Counted from the stretch's first letter, positions 22,010 to 34,200 are shown. The stretch is 64,000 nt of DNA from Paramoeba atlantica (GCA_977017575.1 CDRNVI010000063.1:310001-374000); one strand, 5' to 3'. Notes: a model not told the origin generated them from the sequence alone. Numbers and translations: made by a program.

Positions 22010-23244
22010 TGCTCGTAAAAAGTGTTTGTTCGCAGCAGAATCAAGAGCGCAATAAATTACCTGGCATGTTATAAGTTTTGTTAGAAGTTATAAGCTCGTA
22101 ATGCAGGGTTTACAGTAAGTATATGGAATCATGATACGAGTTTTATTTGTTTCAAAGACATCCTCCTTCCCATAAGAAACGTATGATTTAATAAACGATG
22201 ATTTATCATGTAATTTCACTGAACTTGGTATGAAGAAAGAAGAGCTGCAGATATCAACTGGAATAGAATAGAAGGACATCAAATTTACAAAGTTCATATT
22301 TCGAATACGAACTAAAAAATTTAACAACAAATTCGACGTGCTTTCACAAAGAACTCCTTTGCTTCCTCAAGAACATACTAAAAAACTATAAATATAGAAA
22401 ATGTGTTTTTGTCGAGAGCACTCAAAGCAGAAAACAGATACGTTGAAACTCATTCCTTTCCAATAATACTCCAGTATTACTGGAGTATTCAGAAGGATTT
22501 AGCATACATAACCTATTTTCAGATGTCAATGTGAAAGTTATCATTGTGATAGTAACTCAGCAGAATGATATAGAATGTCCTCATGTCAAAAGGAAAGAAA
22601 TGCACAGTACTTTAAACTTACTAAAACTAACTTTAAACTTATTGCATTCCGTAAAATAAATTTCAGTAGCAAATCTAATGAGAACTCATGGTCGATACGT
22701 ACGGATGAGAGAAAATTCATCATGCAGTAGTTAATATGAACAGGTTAGTATAAAATTAAATAAAAATTATACTCTCATGCAAGCCTCTAAAACAGAATTG
22801 ACGTGCCGACGTTTTATAATATGTATAATACGAACACAACAACCAAGATTTGTCATTTTTGTGAGTCAGTGTTTTAGGAAAGGAATAGTTAGTTGAACAG
22901 TAAACAACTCCAAAGCTCAAGTATACAAGTAGCCTTCAATATAAAGCCTTCGACAATATGAATATAAAGCCCTCAACATGAACTTAGTTATCTGAAATGC
23001 GCTATTATTTTCCAAACTTAAATATTCTTTATACACTTTAGACCCCCTTAATGTAAATTTTCAGATTACTTTCATTGGAGTTTTCATTGAAACGTGATCA
23101 ATAAAACGTCTTTGAGTCCTATATCGAGATCGAGAATACATGCATGACCTGCTACTCGGAACGCTATTCCATGTGTTCACATATATTGTACTACCAATGG
23201 ACATAACTCCCTAATGCACCGGATTAGGCTTGCGGTTCGCATAT

Positions 23245-23697
23245 CTAGAGTGACTTTTGAGCATGTCGCAATGTCCACTCCTTTGCCTTCTGTAACGCTT
23301 CCGCTGGATAATTTCTCCAATACGCCGCAACCTCTTGATCGAGGGGGTCGTCGGGGTTGGGAGCGCTCAAGAGAGCACGAATGCTCAGGAGTACCGTGCG
23401 TACCTGTAAAGCCGGACTCCATTTGTCTTTCACGATATCTAAGCAAATTCGGCCGAGACGGTCAATGTTGGGGTGGTAAATAGGAGTGAGGAAACGTACC
23501 TGGGGTGGAGACATCGGATACTCCGCAGGGAGAAACAGTTCCATACGAAAGTTGCCGTCCTCATACGGGGAGTCAGGGGGTCCTGTCATAATAACGGAAA
23601 AGTGGCGTGCGTTCTGTGCCGAGGGAGAGGCAAGTACGCCGGGTGGGGGATCCGACTGGAGCTCTAGAGTTTCTTTCAGTATACGCGTTGAGAGCAT
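23245..23697 (-). CDS. UBC13: Ubiquitin-conjugating enzyme E2, UBC13/UBE2N type
   Basis: [30 protein letters not shown] and PNPDDPL; start placed at MLSTRIL (150 aa). Confidence 0.93.
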   Translation of the reverse strand: MLSTRILKETLELQSDPPPGVLASPSAQNARHFSVIMTGPPDSPYEDGNFRMELFLPAEYPMSPPQVRFLTPIYHPNIDRLGRICLDIVKDKWSPALQVRTVLLSIRALLSAPNPDDPLDQEVAAYWRNYPAEALQKAKEWTLRHAQKSL

Positions 23698-23929
23698 GAG
23701 AAGAAATGCGAGTATAAAAACGATGAAGTAATACACAAATACAAGTATGACAGTCTCGTACGTAAATTACTGAGTTTATGTCTCATTATACATAGCAGCA
23801 TGTCTCATCATAAGCAGTTTATTGTCTCATTACAATCACACAAAAAGTGCTCTTCATAATGACATAAAACTGTATACACAACTGGGTAACTGGGTGTAGT
23901 TACCATGCGGGCAATATTTCAGAGAAGAG

Positions 23930-25183
23930 TTATTTTCCTTTGCGTTCTTTTTTTGCACGCTTCTCTTCTTTTCGCTTTTGTCGAATTTCCGCTTCGGATA
24001 ATTCCTCCGTGACAACGGGGGCTTCTGCGGCTGCATATTCTGAGCGAATCTCTTCCCACCGTTTGCGTATGTGTGTCATGGGGTCATACTGGGCGACCCA
24101 TTGAGAGATTGCCAGAGCTACTTGGTGTAAAACAGCATCCGCAGTAGTCGTAGAGGTGGGCGGTGCAGTAGCCCTATCTTCAGTAGTCCTCTCTTCTACA
24201 TTAACACCAGACGAGGAATCTTCTTCAGCGCTCTTCTTCCCCTCCTCTGTTGTCTCGTTTTCGGATTGAGTCAAACACTGAATCATCCTCTCATGCGTTA
24301 CGTTTTTTACTGTGACTACTTTTCTTACATTCAGCAACTTTTTATGCAGTGCCACGGCAGGCTTGTCCAGCGTAGGCTCCAGGCCTGGTACAATAAGCTG
24401 TACAGGATGCCGAATCAGTCCAATTTTTTCCGCACTCAAGTAGGTTTCTTCCAACCTCTGCTGCACCTCTCCCGTCCTTCTACACAACTCCGGAATCCTA
24501 TCCTCCTTTTCCAACACCCTCCCCTGTGCTGCCACCTCCTCTGCCTCCGCTGCATGCTCTCTAAACAGCCTCGCGACCCACTCCCGGCTCCTCTGCTCTC
24601 GTTGTCTCGGGAAGTGCCCCCCTTTCTCCCCATCCCCACCCACCCCTTCCCACTCGGCTGCATCCTGGGCGCCCCACAGCGCTCTCCACTCCCCCATGGA
24701 CACATTCGGGTTTTGACTCCACTCGACGATGTTCTTACGAATGCGATGATTGTGTTGCAACGCCGCTGTTGTGAGGCCACTGTCCACCAGGGTAACACTC
24801 CCTACCCGGGCCGGGGCACGCCATGTGAGATAACCCCCGAGCAGTGCCCCGGGGCCGTAGCCCAGGAGATGGGCCCAGTCCACACGGAGGGCGTCGAGCA
24901 GAGCCAACACGCAATCTGCGTTTTCAGATAACGCGAAATTTGAATTAAGAAAAAGGGAAACGACACCATCCCGGTGGGCGTAGGGGGGTTGGATTAGCGT
25001 AGAGGAGAGAGAGGTGCCGAAGAGAGGGGGGGAATTGGGGGGTGTGAGGGTAGAGAGCAGGATGAGAGGCCGGGAACCACAGCAGAGATGGCCGGCACGG
25101 TTACGTAGGGGGCTGAGACGCCATATTTCGGCGTTTTTAAGGAGAGGGGAGAAATGGGGTTGGTAGGGGATGCGGGTAGGCAT
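23930..25183 (-). CDS. Alpha/beta-hydrolase-fold protein, probably inactive, with a Lys/Glu-rich tail
   Basis: ADCVLALLDALRVDWAHLLGYGPGALLG...RVGSVTLVD; nucleophile elbow lacks Ser; start placed at MPTRIP. Confidence 0.75.
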   Translation of the reverse strand: MPTRIPYQPHFSPLLKNAEIWRLSPLRNRAGHLCCGSRPLILLSTLTPPNSPPLFGTSLSSTLIQPPYAHRDGVVSLFLNSNFALSENADCVLALLDALRVDWAHLLGYGPGALLGGYLTWRAPARVGSVTLVDSGLTTAALQHNHRIRKNIVEWSQNPNVSMGEWRALWGAQDAAEWEGVGGDGEKGGHFPRQREQRSREWVARLFREHAAEAEEVAAQGRVLEKEDRIPELCRRTGEVQQRLEETYLSAEKIGLIRHPVQLIVPGLEPTLDKPAVALHKKLLNVRKVVTVKNVTHERMIQCLTQSENETTEEGKKSAEEDSSSGVNVEERTTEDRATAPPTSTTTADAVLHQVALAISQWVAQYDPMTHIRKRWEEIRSEYAAAEAPVVTEELSEAEIRQKRKEEKRAKKERKGK

Positions 25184-25488
25184 GGGGTCGTCTACATGGT
25201 GGAGTGAAGTAAATTGATAAGAAACATGGTTTCTTGCTTTTATGAGAAATTGTAGATTTTGTAAGAATGGGGTAGAATAATGTTTAATGTTGAAATATTG
25301 GCCGGTAAAGCCGATTTCGACCACTTAGAAATTGTTTTTAGGGCAATAAAATCATCAAAACTCGACAAGTAAAAATATCAAGCGCACTTTGTTGAACCAT
25401 ATAAATTGGATTTTATCTTGACCTTTGATATCGATTAGTCCATATTATGGAATCCCACCACCAAACGCCCCCCACTGTGTGTCACCTT

Positions 25489-27090
25489 TTAATAATCTGA
25501 TCGTTGACGGGGAGTGGCACGCATGACAGTGTCTACCCGCAGCAACACTTCGGCCGCCTCGGCCGCGAGACGCAACACACTGTCCTTCACTTTGTAGCAC
25601 TCCAAGATACCTGATTCCATCACGTCCGCAATGTCGCCTGTTTGGATGTCCAGTCCCATGTTGTGTCGACCCTCTGTGTGGGCGGCGCGAAGTTTCGTTA
25701 TGAGTTCCGTACTATCCAGACCCGCATTCTCCGCAATAATCATCGGTAGCATTCGCAGCGCCTCCGCAAAAGCATCCATTGCGAGTGCTTTCTTCCCTGG
25801 AGTTCGCCGTGCCTCGCTCTCCACCGCTGTTGACATGAGCATCTCACTGGCCCCGGCGCCCAAGACAGTTTTCGTGCTTTGTACGGTTTGACACAGCACA
25901 CACAGCGCATCATGAATAGAGCGCTCAGCTTCATCCAAAATATGCTGTGAGGTGCCTCGCAAGACCACCGTGCATGCCTCCCCCGCACGTAGCCCACTGA
26001 ATCGGATTACCGTGTCCTCCCCAATCATAACCTCATCAATCCGCTTGGCAAAGCCGTACGTTACCCCCTCGGTGTTATCAAAGGTGGAGCACACGTCCGC
26101 GCCCAGAGCCTTGGCGAGTCGCTCCACGCCCTCAAAGTCCGCGTGCTCGATCGCCATCACCCCTGCCTGGGCGAAAAGCTCCTCGGGGTAGTTGTAAATC
26201 AGCTGACGGTTAATAAAGCAATGAATGCCGTGCGCTAGAATCTTATCTACCTTGTTCTTCATTTTCTGCTTCTCTGCTTTTTCGATTTCCGCCAAGGCAC
26301 TGACGCTCTCCACCTGTACCTTAGCCCCGAAAACCTTAATCTTGTCCGCATCCATTGAGGTGTTAGCGACCATAATTTTTGCCTCCTCCAGCACCCGGGG
26401 TTGTCCCATCCCCACTTTCTTCTCCAGCAGGAACCCAGGCTCGAGATAGGAATCCGTCAGCGTGCCCCCGAGGGATTTGATCACATTAATCATCTCTAAG
26501 TTGTTCGACCCTTTCAGTCGCAGCACCGCGTCCACACAGAGCTGGGCGAAATGCTCCTTGGCGAGTGACACCACTTTGGAGCTGAGTGTCGTGCGGGCAA
26601 TGCGGAGTAAATCCTCACGAAATTTTTCCTCATTTCCTGCGTTATCCTTTGCGGCACTCTTCAGCGCGTCCCCTGCCACGGAGGCGGCGATGCGAAACCC
26701 CTCGATTACGGTCTGGGGGTGGATGGACTGTTCAAGGAGGAGACGCTCGGCGCGTCGTAGCAGCTCCCCGGCAAGTACCGTGACGCTCGTGGTGCCATCC
26801 CCGACCTCCTCGTCCTGGGCTTTTGAGGTGTCGATTAAAAGCTTCGCTGCGGGGTTGTCGATATGAAGCGAGCGAAGAATGGTGGCCCCGTCGTTGGTGA
26901 CACGCACGCCTGCGGCCCGGTCGGTGCTTTGGAGAATCTTATCCATCCCTTTAGGCCCGAGTGTGGATTTCACGACCTCCGCTACGCTGATGGCACCCAT
27001 GATGTTGGAGAGTTTCGCGTGCTCGCCTTTTTCTTCGGTGGCCCCGAGACGGAGGACGTCGTTGGGGGATTGGACAAAGCCGGGTTGCAT
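25489..27090 (-). CDS. CCT2: T-complex protein 1 subunit beta
   Basis: [28 protein letters not shown] and [12 protein letters not shown]. Confidence 0.97.
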   Translation of the reverse strand: MQPGFVQSPNDVLRLGATEEKGEHAKLSNIMGAISVAEVVKSTLGPKGMDKILQSTDRAAGVRVTNDGATILRSLHIDNPAAKLLIDTSKAQDEEVGDGTTSVTVLAGELLRRAERLLLEQSIHPQTVIEGFRIAASVAGDALKSAAKDNAGNEEKFREDLLRIARTTLSSKVVSLAKEHFAQLCVDAVLRLKGSNNLEMINVIKSLGGTLTDSYLEPGFLLEKKVGMGQPRVLEEAKIMVANTSMDADKIKVFGAKVQVESVSALAEIEKAEKQKMKNKVDKILAHGIHCFINRQLIYNYPEELFAQAGVMAIEHADFEGVERLAKALGADVCSTFDNTEGVTYGFAKRIDEVMIGEDTVIRFSGLRAGEACTVVLRGTSQHILDEAERSIHDALCVLCQTVQSTKTVLGAGASEMLMSTAVESEARRTPGKKALAMDAFAEALRMLPMIIAENAGLDSTELITKLRAAHTEGRHNMGLDIQTGDIADVMESGILECYKVKDSVLRLAAEAAEVLLRVDTVMRATPRQRSDY

Positions 27091-27360
27091 GGAAAAAAGG
27101 GGGTGAGGTGAAGATAAAATTATCGGATGTAAAATTGGCTAATGTGTAAACGGATTAATGAAAGTAAGCGGGTAGTAGTGTTGGGTAGAATGGCATAAGA
27201 ATGAACATAACAAAAATATTGAAAAAAACATAACAAATTGAAAAAACACAACAAAAATGAACATAACGTGTATCCTTTGTGTGCTCTTTAAACATTTTTC
27301 TAACTTAGGAGTTCTAAGAAAAAGTTCTTTTAAGGAAGAAATAAAAACACGTGGGGTATC

Positions 27361-29448
27361 TTAAACGTTATTTTCTCGAGCAACACGTGTCGAAGCTCGT
27401 TCATCCTGCGGTGTATAGTGCGTCGTGGAAGACACTTTGTGTCCTAGAGGTCGATCAGGATTCACATTTTCTGTCATTTTACTTGCCTTTAAGTCATCTG
27501 GGGTGGGTAATACGTCTTGAAATTTTACTGAGAGCCAATAAGGTGCAGAAGATTGAGAGGAGTTGCGCGAATACGTACTGGCCGCCGCTGAAGGACGATT
27601 TTCTCGTTTTCGCCTCTGCAGTATGTTATCTCGGACGCGCACGGCTTCCTCACGTCGAAGCGACTGAGAGAGTGCATGATAAAGTCTTTCAAGCGTTTCT
27701 AAATGGAATAAATGAAGAAGAGTGTCTCGCTCTCTCTTTGGGACACAATCATACACTGCCACAGTGAGACGAATCCAGCCGGACTTTAGAAGAAAGATCA
27801 AAATTTTGGCGGACGAGTGTATTTGACGACAAATGCCAATCTCGGCAAGCACATTCACGGCACGCTCACAGTCCGTCTCACTTCCAGAAGCCATGCACAA
27901 GGACAGAAGGCGAGCGACGAAGAGAGCACAATTATGTGATGAGTACTGCGTCGTATCCTCCGCTTTGCCAACATTAGACGTTGAGTTATCATCCGAGCTG
28001 TCTCTCACTTCTTGTGTAGGCCAACGGTTCCGCAAGGCCTGGAACCAAAGTTGCAAAATGCGTGTTGCGCTTAACCCCATGTGACTACTAAAGACGACTG
28101 AAAGATTCGTTAAACATTCAGCAAGCTTGGCTAGAACGCGGACTTCTCTTTCCGTATACGCCACCGAAGGCTCCTTCAAAATATACCTTCCGTACACGTG
28201 TGCCAATACTCTTACGTAGTCGGCTTCAGCAATGTACGGCTCCGGTGGTGAGAGATGGTTTCTCATATCTAACGCGATCCATAGACAGTGGGCCGGAAGT
28301 AACAATTCTCGGTCAAAAATGGCGCGCAGGATAAATTTCCAAGCGTCGCCTATTTTTCCAAGGACGTAGTACGCTTGCAAAACAATGCCATACATTTCAG
28401 TATTCCAGGCTTCAAAGGCATCATACGCATCGGTGGCATCGCAATGCATCTCATGTATCTCATAGGCGTGCATTACTATTTGTTCAGCAGTACTTTTATC
28501 TACCTTTCCGTCCACTAAACAAGTAAAGTCACTCTCCTTCAGGCCCCAACACGTCATGTAGGACAAGATAAACGAACTATGCATGCGCAAACCCGAATGG
28601 TGTTGTAACGCCCGCAGTGAGGTCACAAAATTCGTAGGCTCCCCGAGTACGAGCACATTGGCCGTTGCCACCGCATCCAACGTCCCCTCCCCCCCACCGT
28701 ACCCCATGGTGCGTAGAAACTGAACCCCGCAGCGGGTGAAATAGGGCCGCATCTCGTGCGCTTCCAGCGTCGTTTTGTACGGCTGCGCCCCCACCCACCC
28801 GAGCTGGTGCCGCACCCAGGGCGCGTCACACCCACTGAGCAGACACAGCGCGGCGGTGAGACCCCGAAGGCTACGGGTGTCACGCGCGGGGGTGTGCGGT
28901 GCGAGCCGCGGCTGCCACCGCAGCGCACTCACCAGGGAGAGGCGTAGGATGGATGGGGTGTTGAACGTGGTCCAGGGGAGGGCCATCCAGGGGTGGTGCC
29001 GTATGTTGCGGGCAATGCTGTGGGCTAAGGCATAGGGGGCGTGGTGACACCATACGTAGGTGAGTTCGTCGGGGGTAAAACCACCGACACAACGGGTGTG
29101 GCGGACGCGCTGGGGGGCGGTGGGGGTAGAGGGGGGGAAAGAACGAGAAAAGGCATGGACCGTTTTGTTTGTGGAGTTCTGTGTAAGATGTGAAGGGGAA
29201 TCATAAGCACGGAACCACTGTAGCACGTGGAGCGCAGAGTCGAAAGCACAACATGCGTGATGCAGAAAATACAGCCGAGCTCCTGAACAACGCGATTGGG
29301 AAAAAAGCATAGACGCCAATGTGCGGTCTTTGAGAACCGAATTTCGGATTTGGGAATAAGATCCTTTTCGTACGGACTTCTCGCCTAGGGGTCGCAAAGA
29401 TCGTAAATTGGGTCCTCTCAACTTAAACGGTACGCAAGGTGGTCTCAT
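27361..29448 (-). CDS. Hypothetical helical-repeat (PPR/TPR-like) protein; an alternative start is at 29310
   Basis: 695-codon ORF co-oriented with the cluster; paired-helix pattern in the C-terminal half. Confidence 0.7.
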   Translation of the reverse strand: MRPPCVPFKLRGPNLRSLRPLGEKSVRKGSYSQIRNSVLKDRTLASMLFSQSRCSGARLYFLHHACCAFDSALHVLQWFRAYDSPSHLTQNSTNKTVHAFSRSFPPSTPTAPQRVRHTRCVGGFTPDELTYVWCHHAPYALAHSIARNIRHHPWMALPWTTFNTPSILRLSLVSALRWQPRLAPHTPARDTRSLRGLTAALCLLSGCDAPWVRHQLGWVGAQPYKTTLEAHEMRPYFTRCGVQFLRTMGYGGGEGTLDAVATANVLVLGEPTNFVTSLRALQHHSGLRMHSSFILSYMTCWGLKESDFTCLVDGKVDKSTAEQIVMHAYEIHEMHCDATDAYDAFEAWNTEMYGIVLQAYYVLGKIGDAWKFILRAIFDRELLLPAHCLWIALDMRNHLSPPEPYIAEADYVRVLAHVYGRYILKEPSVAYTEREVRVLAKLAECLTNLSVVFSSHMGLSATRILQLWFQALRNRWPTQEVRDSSDDNSTSNVGKAEDTTQYSSHNCALFVARLLSLCMASGSETDCERAVNVLAEIGICRQIHSSAKILIFLLKSGWIRLTVAVYDCVPKRERDTLLHLFHLETLERLYHALSQSLRREEAVRVRDNILQRRKRENRPSAAASTYSRNSSQSSAPYWLSVKFQDVLPTPDDLKASKMTENVNPDRPLGHKVSSTTHYTPQDERASTRVARENNV

Positions 29449-29699
29449 TTCTCAATAAAAAAGGTTCCGCTGAAATGTTAGTGGTATACTTCTGGAGAGG
29501 GCGCCGTCAAGAAAGACCTGCTAGTGCGAAGCAGTACAAATGTGTATAGGGTCATGGAAAAAGTAATGTGTAACAAAAAAATCCAAAGGTTAGAACGTAC
29601 AATTCTAGTCTAATTACAAAATTCCAGTGGGTAATCAAATATTTCTTCTGAAAAGATATACGGTAACATCCAAGTTTTTTGAAAAGGACTTTCTATATT

Positions 29700-30016
29700 C
29701 TGTGACCCCCCCCTTTATACTTCGCCCATTTTGAGCAGTAACAAAGTATAAAGGGGGGGGTCTGAATTTTTTCCCCGCTGTATAAAGAAAGCCGCGCCGC
29801 GAAGCGGCGCGGCTCATCCAGTTTTCCTGTCTTTCCTTTCATATCACCTTCCATTTCTAGAAGGGAAGACTTAGAACGTTCTTGTATTTATTTGTAAAAA
29901 AAGATGAAAAACTACGAAAATTAAAAAAAATCGTCCCCCCTTCGGGGGGGGGGGCACACAAAAAACAAAGTATAAAGGGGAGGTCTGACCAGCGAAGTAT
30001 AAAGGGGGAGTCACAG
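29700..30016. mobile_element. Tc1-type MITE, TIR CTGTGACCCCCCCTTTATACTTCGC
   Basis: About 25-bp TIRs, TA at the right end, second copy at 49900-50097, central GCCGCGCCGC-GAA-GCGGCGCGGC hairpin. Confidence 0.85.
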
Positions 30017-30818
30017 TATGTTAATGTTGAATCACTGCCGCAGGCTTACAGTAATTTACTGTGCCCCAACTTGTGTGCCGCGAGTTTTGGCCATACGGCA
30101 CTATAAGTGGGGGGTACTCGAATTTCCAAAAAAAAAAAGAATGTCAGCAAAAATGTTTAAATTTTAGAAATAAAAGTAAGCGGTAAAGCGTAGTTTCTGA
30201 GACAATTAATAAAACATTTGAGGCTAGTGAGTATACTACTCGCAAATCTAAGGAGGAACTCCTTATCCTCCCAACTGTGTGAATCAAATTCGTTTGAATT
30301 CAGACTGTGTGAATTTAAACCGTGTTAACCGCGTAAAATTACTAATTTTTTCCTTGAACCTAATCTGTATTAAAAAATCGAATTTCCATTTCTCTTTAAC
30401 TTTTTTCTTCTCCAAAGTTGGACGCTTGAGAGAATACACGTGTATCTTACAGGATGATAACAAATAAAACAGCGTGCACATAAAAAGATCAACAAACGAA
30501 TCTTTTAGATTCGGTTATACCACCCGATGCACAAGGCACGACCATGAGCGAAATACAGGAGCCAGGCATCGGAACCGTCGTGTTCCGGCTGCACGCGCAA
30601 CTCAAGTGCAAGGAACCGGTGAGCTACAAGATCTACCACAAAAGAAAGCCTGCGGGTACACCACCCGAGACCGCACCGAAACCGCACCGAATCTTCTAAA
30701 AAGCAAATGTTGCATCTTCGCTCCCCCTAATACACTGCACTTTCTGAAATTGTATACACTGCATCTTCTGAAAAGGAAACGGGGTAACTGCCTTGTACCT
30801 CCAAAAATGCAGTAGCAA

Positions 30819-31427
30819 CTACGTTGCCTTCCGCTTCAATGCATCTTCTATTATATTTCGTATTTCGTCTTCCTCTCTACGGTCACGGGATCTTATCCGA
30901 GTGCGAGCAGCCTCCATTCTTTCTAGTTCCTCTTCAGAATTCGCTGTTCCTTTGCGCCAAACTACTTTCATCTGAGTACGTCGCAATCGAATTTTCTCCC
31001 CGGCGCTGGAGCAAGCGGATTGAGAGTCTGGTGGACATTGGTAAGCCAAAGATTCTTTATGACTTGTGACATTAATGTTCGCTGCGTGAACAGTATTATT
31101 TTTTGCATCTATAACCGTTTGTGCAAGAACTGGAAGCTCTTTTAGTTCTTCGTCCGCTTCGTGTGCTAATCGTCGACTATCGCTATTACGAGCAATGGAA
31201 TGCATCTGGCTCTTAGGTAGAACATTCGCTGTCCGTAACTTTTCGCTCGAGGTGGGTGAAACATGCGCTCTGCTGGGCTTTCCGCCTCGTAACACTTTTT
31301 GTGCTTCTCGGGTCACTTTTGTGCCAAAGCGTCCATCATTTTCCCACAAGCTGGAGCGAAATACAGGTAGGACTCGGCGTGATCGGTCTCCTAACGGGTG
31401 CGCTAAGGGTGGAATATCTTGAGGCAT
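30819..31427 (-). CDS. Hypothetical basic protein, 202 aa
   Basis: ORF co-oriented with the cluster; charged C-terminal helix. Confidence 0.65.
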   Translation of the reverse strand: MPQDIPPLAHPLGDRSRRVLPVFRSSLWENDGRFGTKVTREAQKVLRGGKPSRAHVSPTSSEKLRTANVLPKSQMHSIARNSDSRRLAHEADEELKELPVLAQTVIDAKNNTVHAANINVTSHKESLAYQCPPDSQSACSSAGEKIRLRRTQMKVVWRKGTANSEEELERMEAARTRIRSRDRREEDEIRNIIEDALKRKAT

Positions 31428-31780
31428 TGATTCATATGACAGCAGTTACTAGTGTCCAAAAACGATTAACAAACTGTTAAGTCCTTTTTATTGTTTTATT
31501 CTCTTTTTTTGCACGCTACCTCATTCTTTACAAATAGCATGTCGTATTTTTTCCCACAAAACGTGTCGTAAAGACTTACAATTTAATTATCTTCAATACT
31601 ACAATAATCTACTTTTACAACAGCACTACAGCTTCGTTCCATTAGGAATAGCAAAACTGTTTTCGCAGGCCCAAACTAGCCCAGAGCACATGCCCAAATG
31701 ATTTGAGATTCCCAAATGATTCTGGATTTGAAATCCAGAATCGTACGCCCATGATATTCTCCCGTTTCATAACCATCTCC

Positions 31781-33460
31781 CTACTCGGAAGGCTTTTCAA
31801 GGTTTAGCAATGAAGATTCATAATCTTCAGGGGCTTCAAATCCGAGCATCTCTATGAAGGTAGCTGTGATGTTTGCAAGTCCCGCTTTCTCGAGGTTGCC
31901 TCTCAATGAGACAAAATCAGGTAGTGCCGGTCCCCCAATCAGGACAGGCACGGGCGCAAGAGTGTGTGACGTAAGCGGAATAACCTTGTCGGTATTTGGA
32001 TACATCTTTGGAGTACCATCCGAGTTCCTCTGAACCATGTCGTCTGCATTGCCATGGTCAGCAGTGATAAGAAAGGAGCCTTTTACCTCCTCGACACAGT
32101 CAAGAAGCTCATGCAATACCTTGTCAACGGTCTCCATCGCTGCCACGGTGGCAGCCATGTCTCCCGTATGCCCCACCATGTCACCATTCGCAAAATTAAT
32201 TCGCACAAGATCGTATTTCCCGCTTCGTAGCGCGTTGACGGCAACACCACAAATTTCCGCCGCCTTCATTGTGGGCTTTTCGTTAAACACACAACAGTCA
32301 CTTGGGATTTCTACGTACGTCTCCAAATCAGCCGAGAATTTGCCACTCCGGTTGCCGTTCCAAAAATATGTCACGTGACCAAACTTTTGAGTCTCGCTGC
32401 ATGCAAGCAGACGCACCCCGCTGGCCGCGAGGTACGCCCCACTGGAGCGCTCGATCAACGGAGGGGGAACACAGTAGTACTCCGGGATACGCATATCCCC
32501 ATCATACTGCATCATACCCGCGAAGTGGACCTTCGGGACTACACCACGGTCAAACTTATCAAAGGAGGCATCGCTGGAGAACGTCCGACACAATTCCAGT
32601 ACCCGGTCTCCTCGAAAGTTAAAACACAGCACCGCATCCCCATCCTGAATCCGCCCCACCGGTCCTTCCTCATTCGTCACACAAAACGGAGGCAGGTACT
32701 GATCCGAACTCGCCGCATTCTCCCTTCGAAACGTCTCCAGAGCCTCCGGGACACTCCCAAACGCCCGCGCGTTCCCATGCACGTGGGCATCCCACCCACG
32801 CTGCACAATCCCCCAATCCGCCTCATACCGGTCCATGGTGACATACATCCGTCCCCCACCGGAGGCGATCTTGGCATCCGGGAACTCCCGCAGCACCTCC
32901 TCGAGCTCCTCCGTGTAGCTCTCCGCGGTGTGGTCGGGCACGTCCCGTCCGTCAAACAACACATGGAGCCGCAGCTTCGTGGCCCCATCCGCGTGGGCCT
33001 GTCGGAGTAGAGCGTACAGATGTCTCGTGTGACTGTGCACACCGCCGTCGCTGAGGAGACCGATCAGGTGGAGTGTGGCCCCGGGGGCTTGGAAGGCGAC
33101 TCTTAAGTGGTCGTACCCGTGACTGTGCCACAGGGTGCCGTGGGTGAGGGCGTGGTTCACCAGGGTCGCCCCCTGGGGGATCACGCGACCACAGCCCATG
33201 GTGTTGTGCCCGACCTCGCTGTTCCCCATGTCGTTGTCGGAGGGGAGACCGACAGCGACCCCGTGGGCTTTTACGGTAGTGCTACGGGTGGGGTGGGCGA
33301 GGAGACGGTCGAGGGTGGGGGTGGAGGCGAGGTGGATGGCATCGTAGGCGTCCCCAGGACCGACCCCGACACCATCTAGGATGACGAGGAGGAGGGGGCC
33401 GGAGGGGGAGGGGAGGGTGGGATGGGGGCGTAGGCGAAGAGAGGGGGTGGGGGAAGGCAT
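31781..33460 (-). CDS. iPGAM: Cofactor-independent phosphoglycerate mutase (trypanosomatid/plant type)
   Basis: LDGVG, MGNSEVGH, SDGGVHS, DGRD, NFRGDR, SETQKFGHVT, NFANGDMVGHTG and TADHGN; start at MPSPTP (559 aa). Confidence 0.97.
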   Translation of the reverse strand: MPSPTPSLRLRPHPTLPSPSGPLLLVILDGVGVGPGDAYDAIHLASTPTLDRLLAHPTRSTTVKAHGVAVGLPSDNDMGNSEVGHNTMGCGRVIPQGATLVNHALTHGTLWHSHGYDHLRVAFQAPGATLHLIGLLSDGGVHSHTRHLYALLRQAHADGATKLRLHVLFDGRDVPDHTAESYTEELEEVLREFPDAKIASGGGRMYVTMDRYEADWGIVQRGWDAHVHGNARAFGSVPEALETFRRENAASSDQYLPPFCVTNEEGPVGRIQDGDAVLCFNFRGDRVLELCRTFSSDASFDKFDRGVVPKVHFAGMMQYDGDMRIPEYYCVPPPLIERSSGAYLAASGVRLLACSETQKFGHVTYFWNGNRSGKFSADLETYVEIPSDCCVFNEKPTMKAAEICGVAVNALRSGKYDLVRINFANGDMVGHTGDMAATVAAMETVDKVLHELLDCVEEVKGSFLITADHGNADDMVQRNSDGTPKMYPNTDKVIPLTSHTLAPVPVLIGGPALPDFVSLRGNLEKAGLANITATFIEMLGFEAPEDYESSLLNLEKPSE

Positions 33461-33729
33461 AGAGGAGGAGGAGGGAAAGAAGGGAGGGTGGAGTGAATGT
33501 GAGAGAGAAAAAAGGATTTGGAAGTTTGTGGAGAGTTGTTTTTGTGTGAAGCTACTACGTAAGCTACCTACAAGCCAGGGGTCCGAATAACTATGAAATT
33601 TTATTGAGGGAGATACTACTCCCTCGCTACCCAGCATTAATAAAACTTGGCTCGAAATTTGGCCCGAAATTTTTTTTCCGGAAAATGTTCTTTCGCAAAG
33701 AACGAAAGGCAGCTCTACAAATAGATAGT

Positions 33730-34150
33730 TAGAAAAGAAAAACGCACCTTTTGGACGACTCGAGACCCCCGTCTTCAGAAGCGATTTGCAAAGCCCGATT
33801 TGCCACGTATGCTTTTTTCAACAGGAAGCTTGGGATACGCAAGACCGTAGAGGAAGGAGGAGGCGCAAGGCAAAAAGCAGAAGGCGGAGCCTTCTGCCTT
33901 TTTGCCGCAGCGAAGACGACTTCCTCGCGTGGAAAGCTGTAAGGAGTACTAGGGAACATGTTTTTACTATGTAACCCAGGGTAAAGTGGACGAGGGAGAT
34001 ACCAACAGTGTAGGTGCGGCAGTTTTCACAGGAAAAACGGTATCTCCCTTATGGCATTAAGACAAGCGACTAAAAAGGTAGAGACGCCGTTTTTCCTGTG
34101 GAAACTGCCGCCCCTACACTGTTGGTATCTCCCTCGTCCCCTTTACCCTA
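33730..34150 (-). mobile_element. Inverted partial duplicate of the Tc1 element plus its nested MITE
   Basis: Reverse complement of about 35148-35555 at high identity; includes a TAACCCAGGG MITE at 33972-34149. Confidence 0.9.
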
Positions 34151-34157
34151 AAATTTT

Positions 34158-34200
34158 ATTGCGGTGGTTGTATAACTACATCTCTACTCTCGATTATTGA
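34158..34200 (+). mobile_element. Isolated terminus of the hairpin-ended family
   Basis: ATTGCGGTGGTTGTATAACTACATCTCTACTCTCGATTATT. Confidence 0.85.

Noticed and set aside
6364-33590. Numerous plus-strand and off-frame ORFs overlapping the housekeeping genes
   Set aside because: Shadow ORFs of real CDSs, most frequent in GC-rich parts
33461-33637. N-terminal extension of iPGAM (and similar extensions of MATE A, UBC13, the hydrolase and the LRR)
   Set aside because: Low-complexity leader sequence, in the iPGAM case overlapping a repeat; homology starts at the downstream ATG
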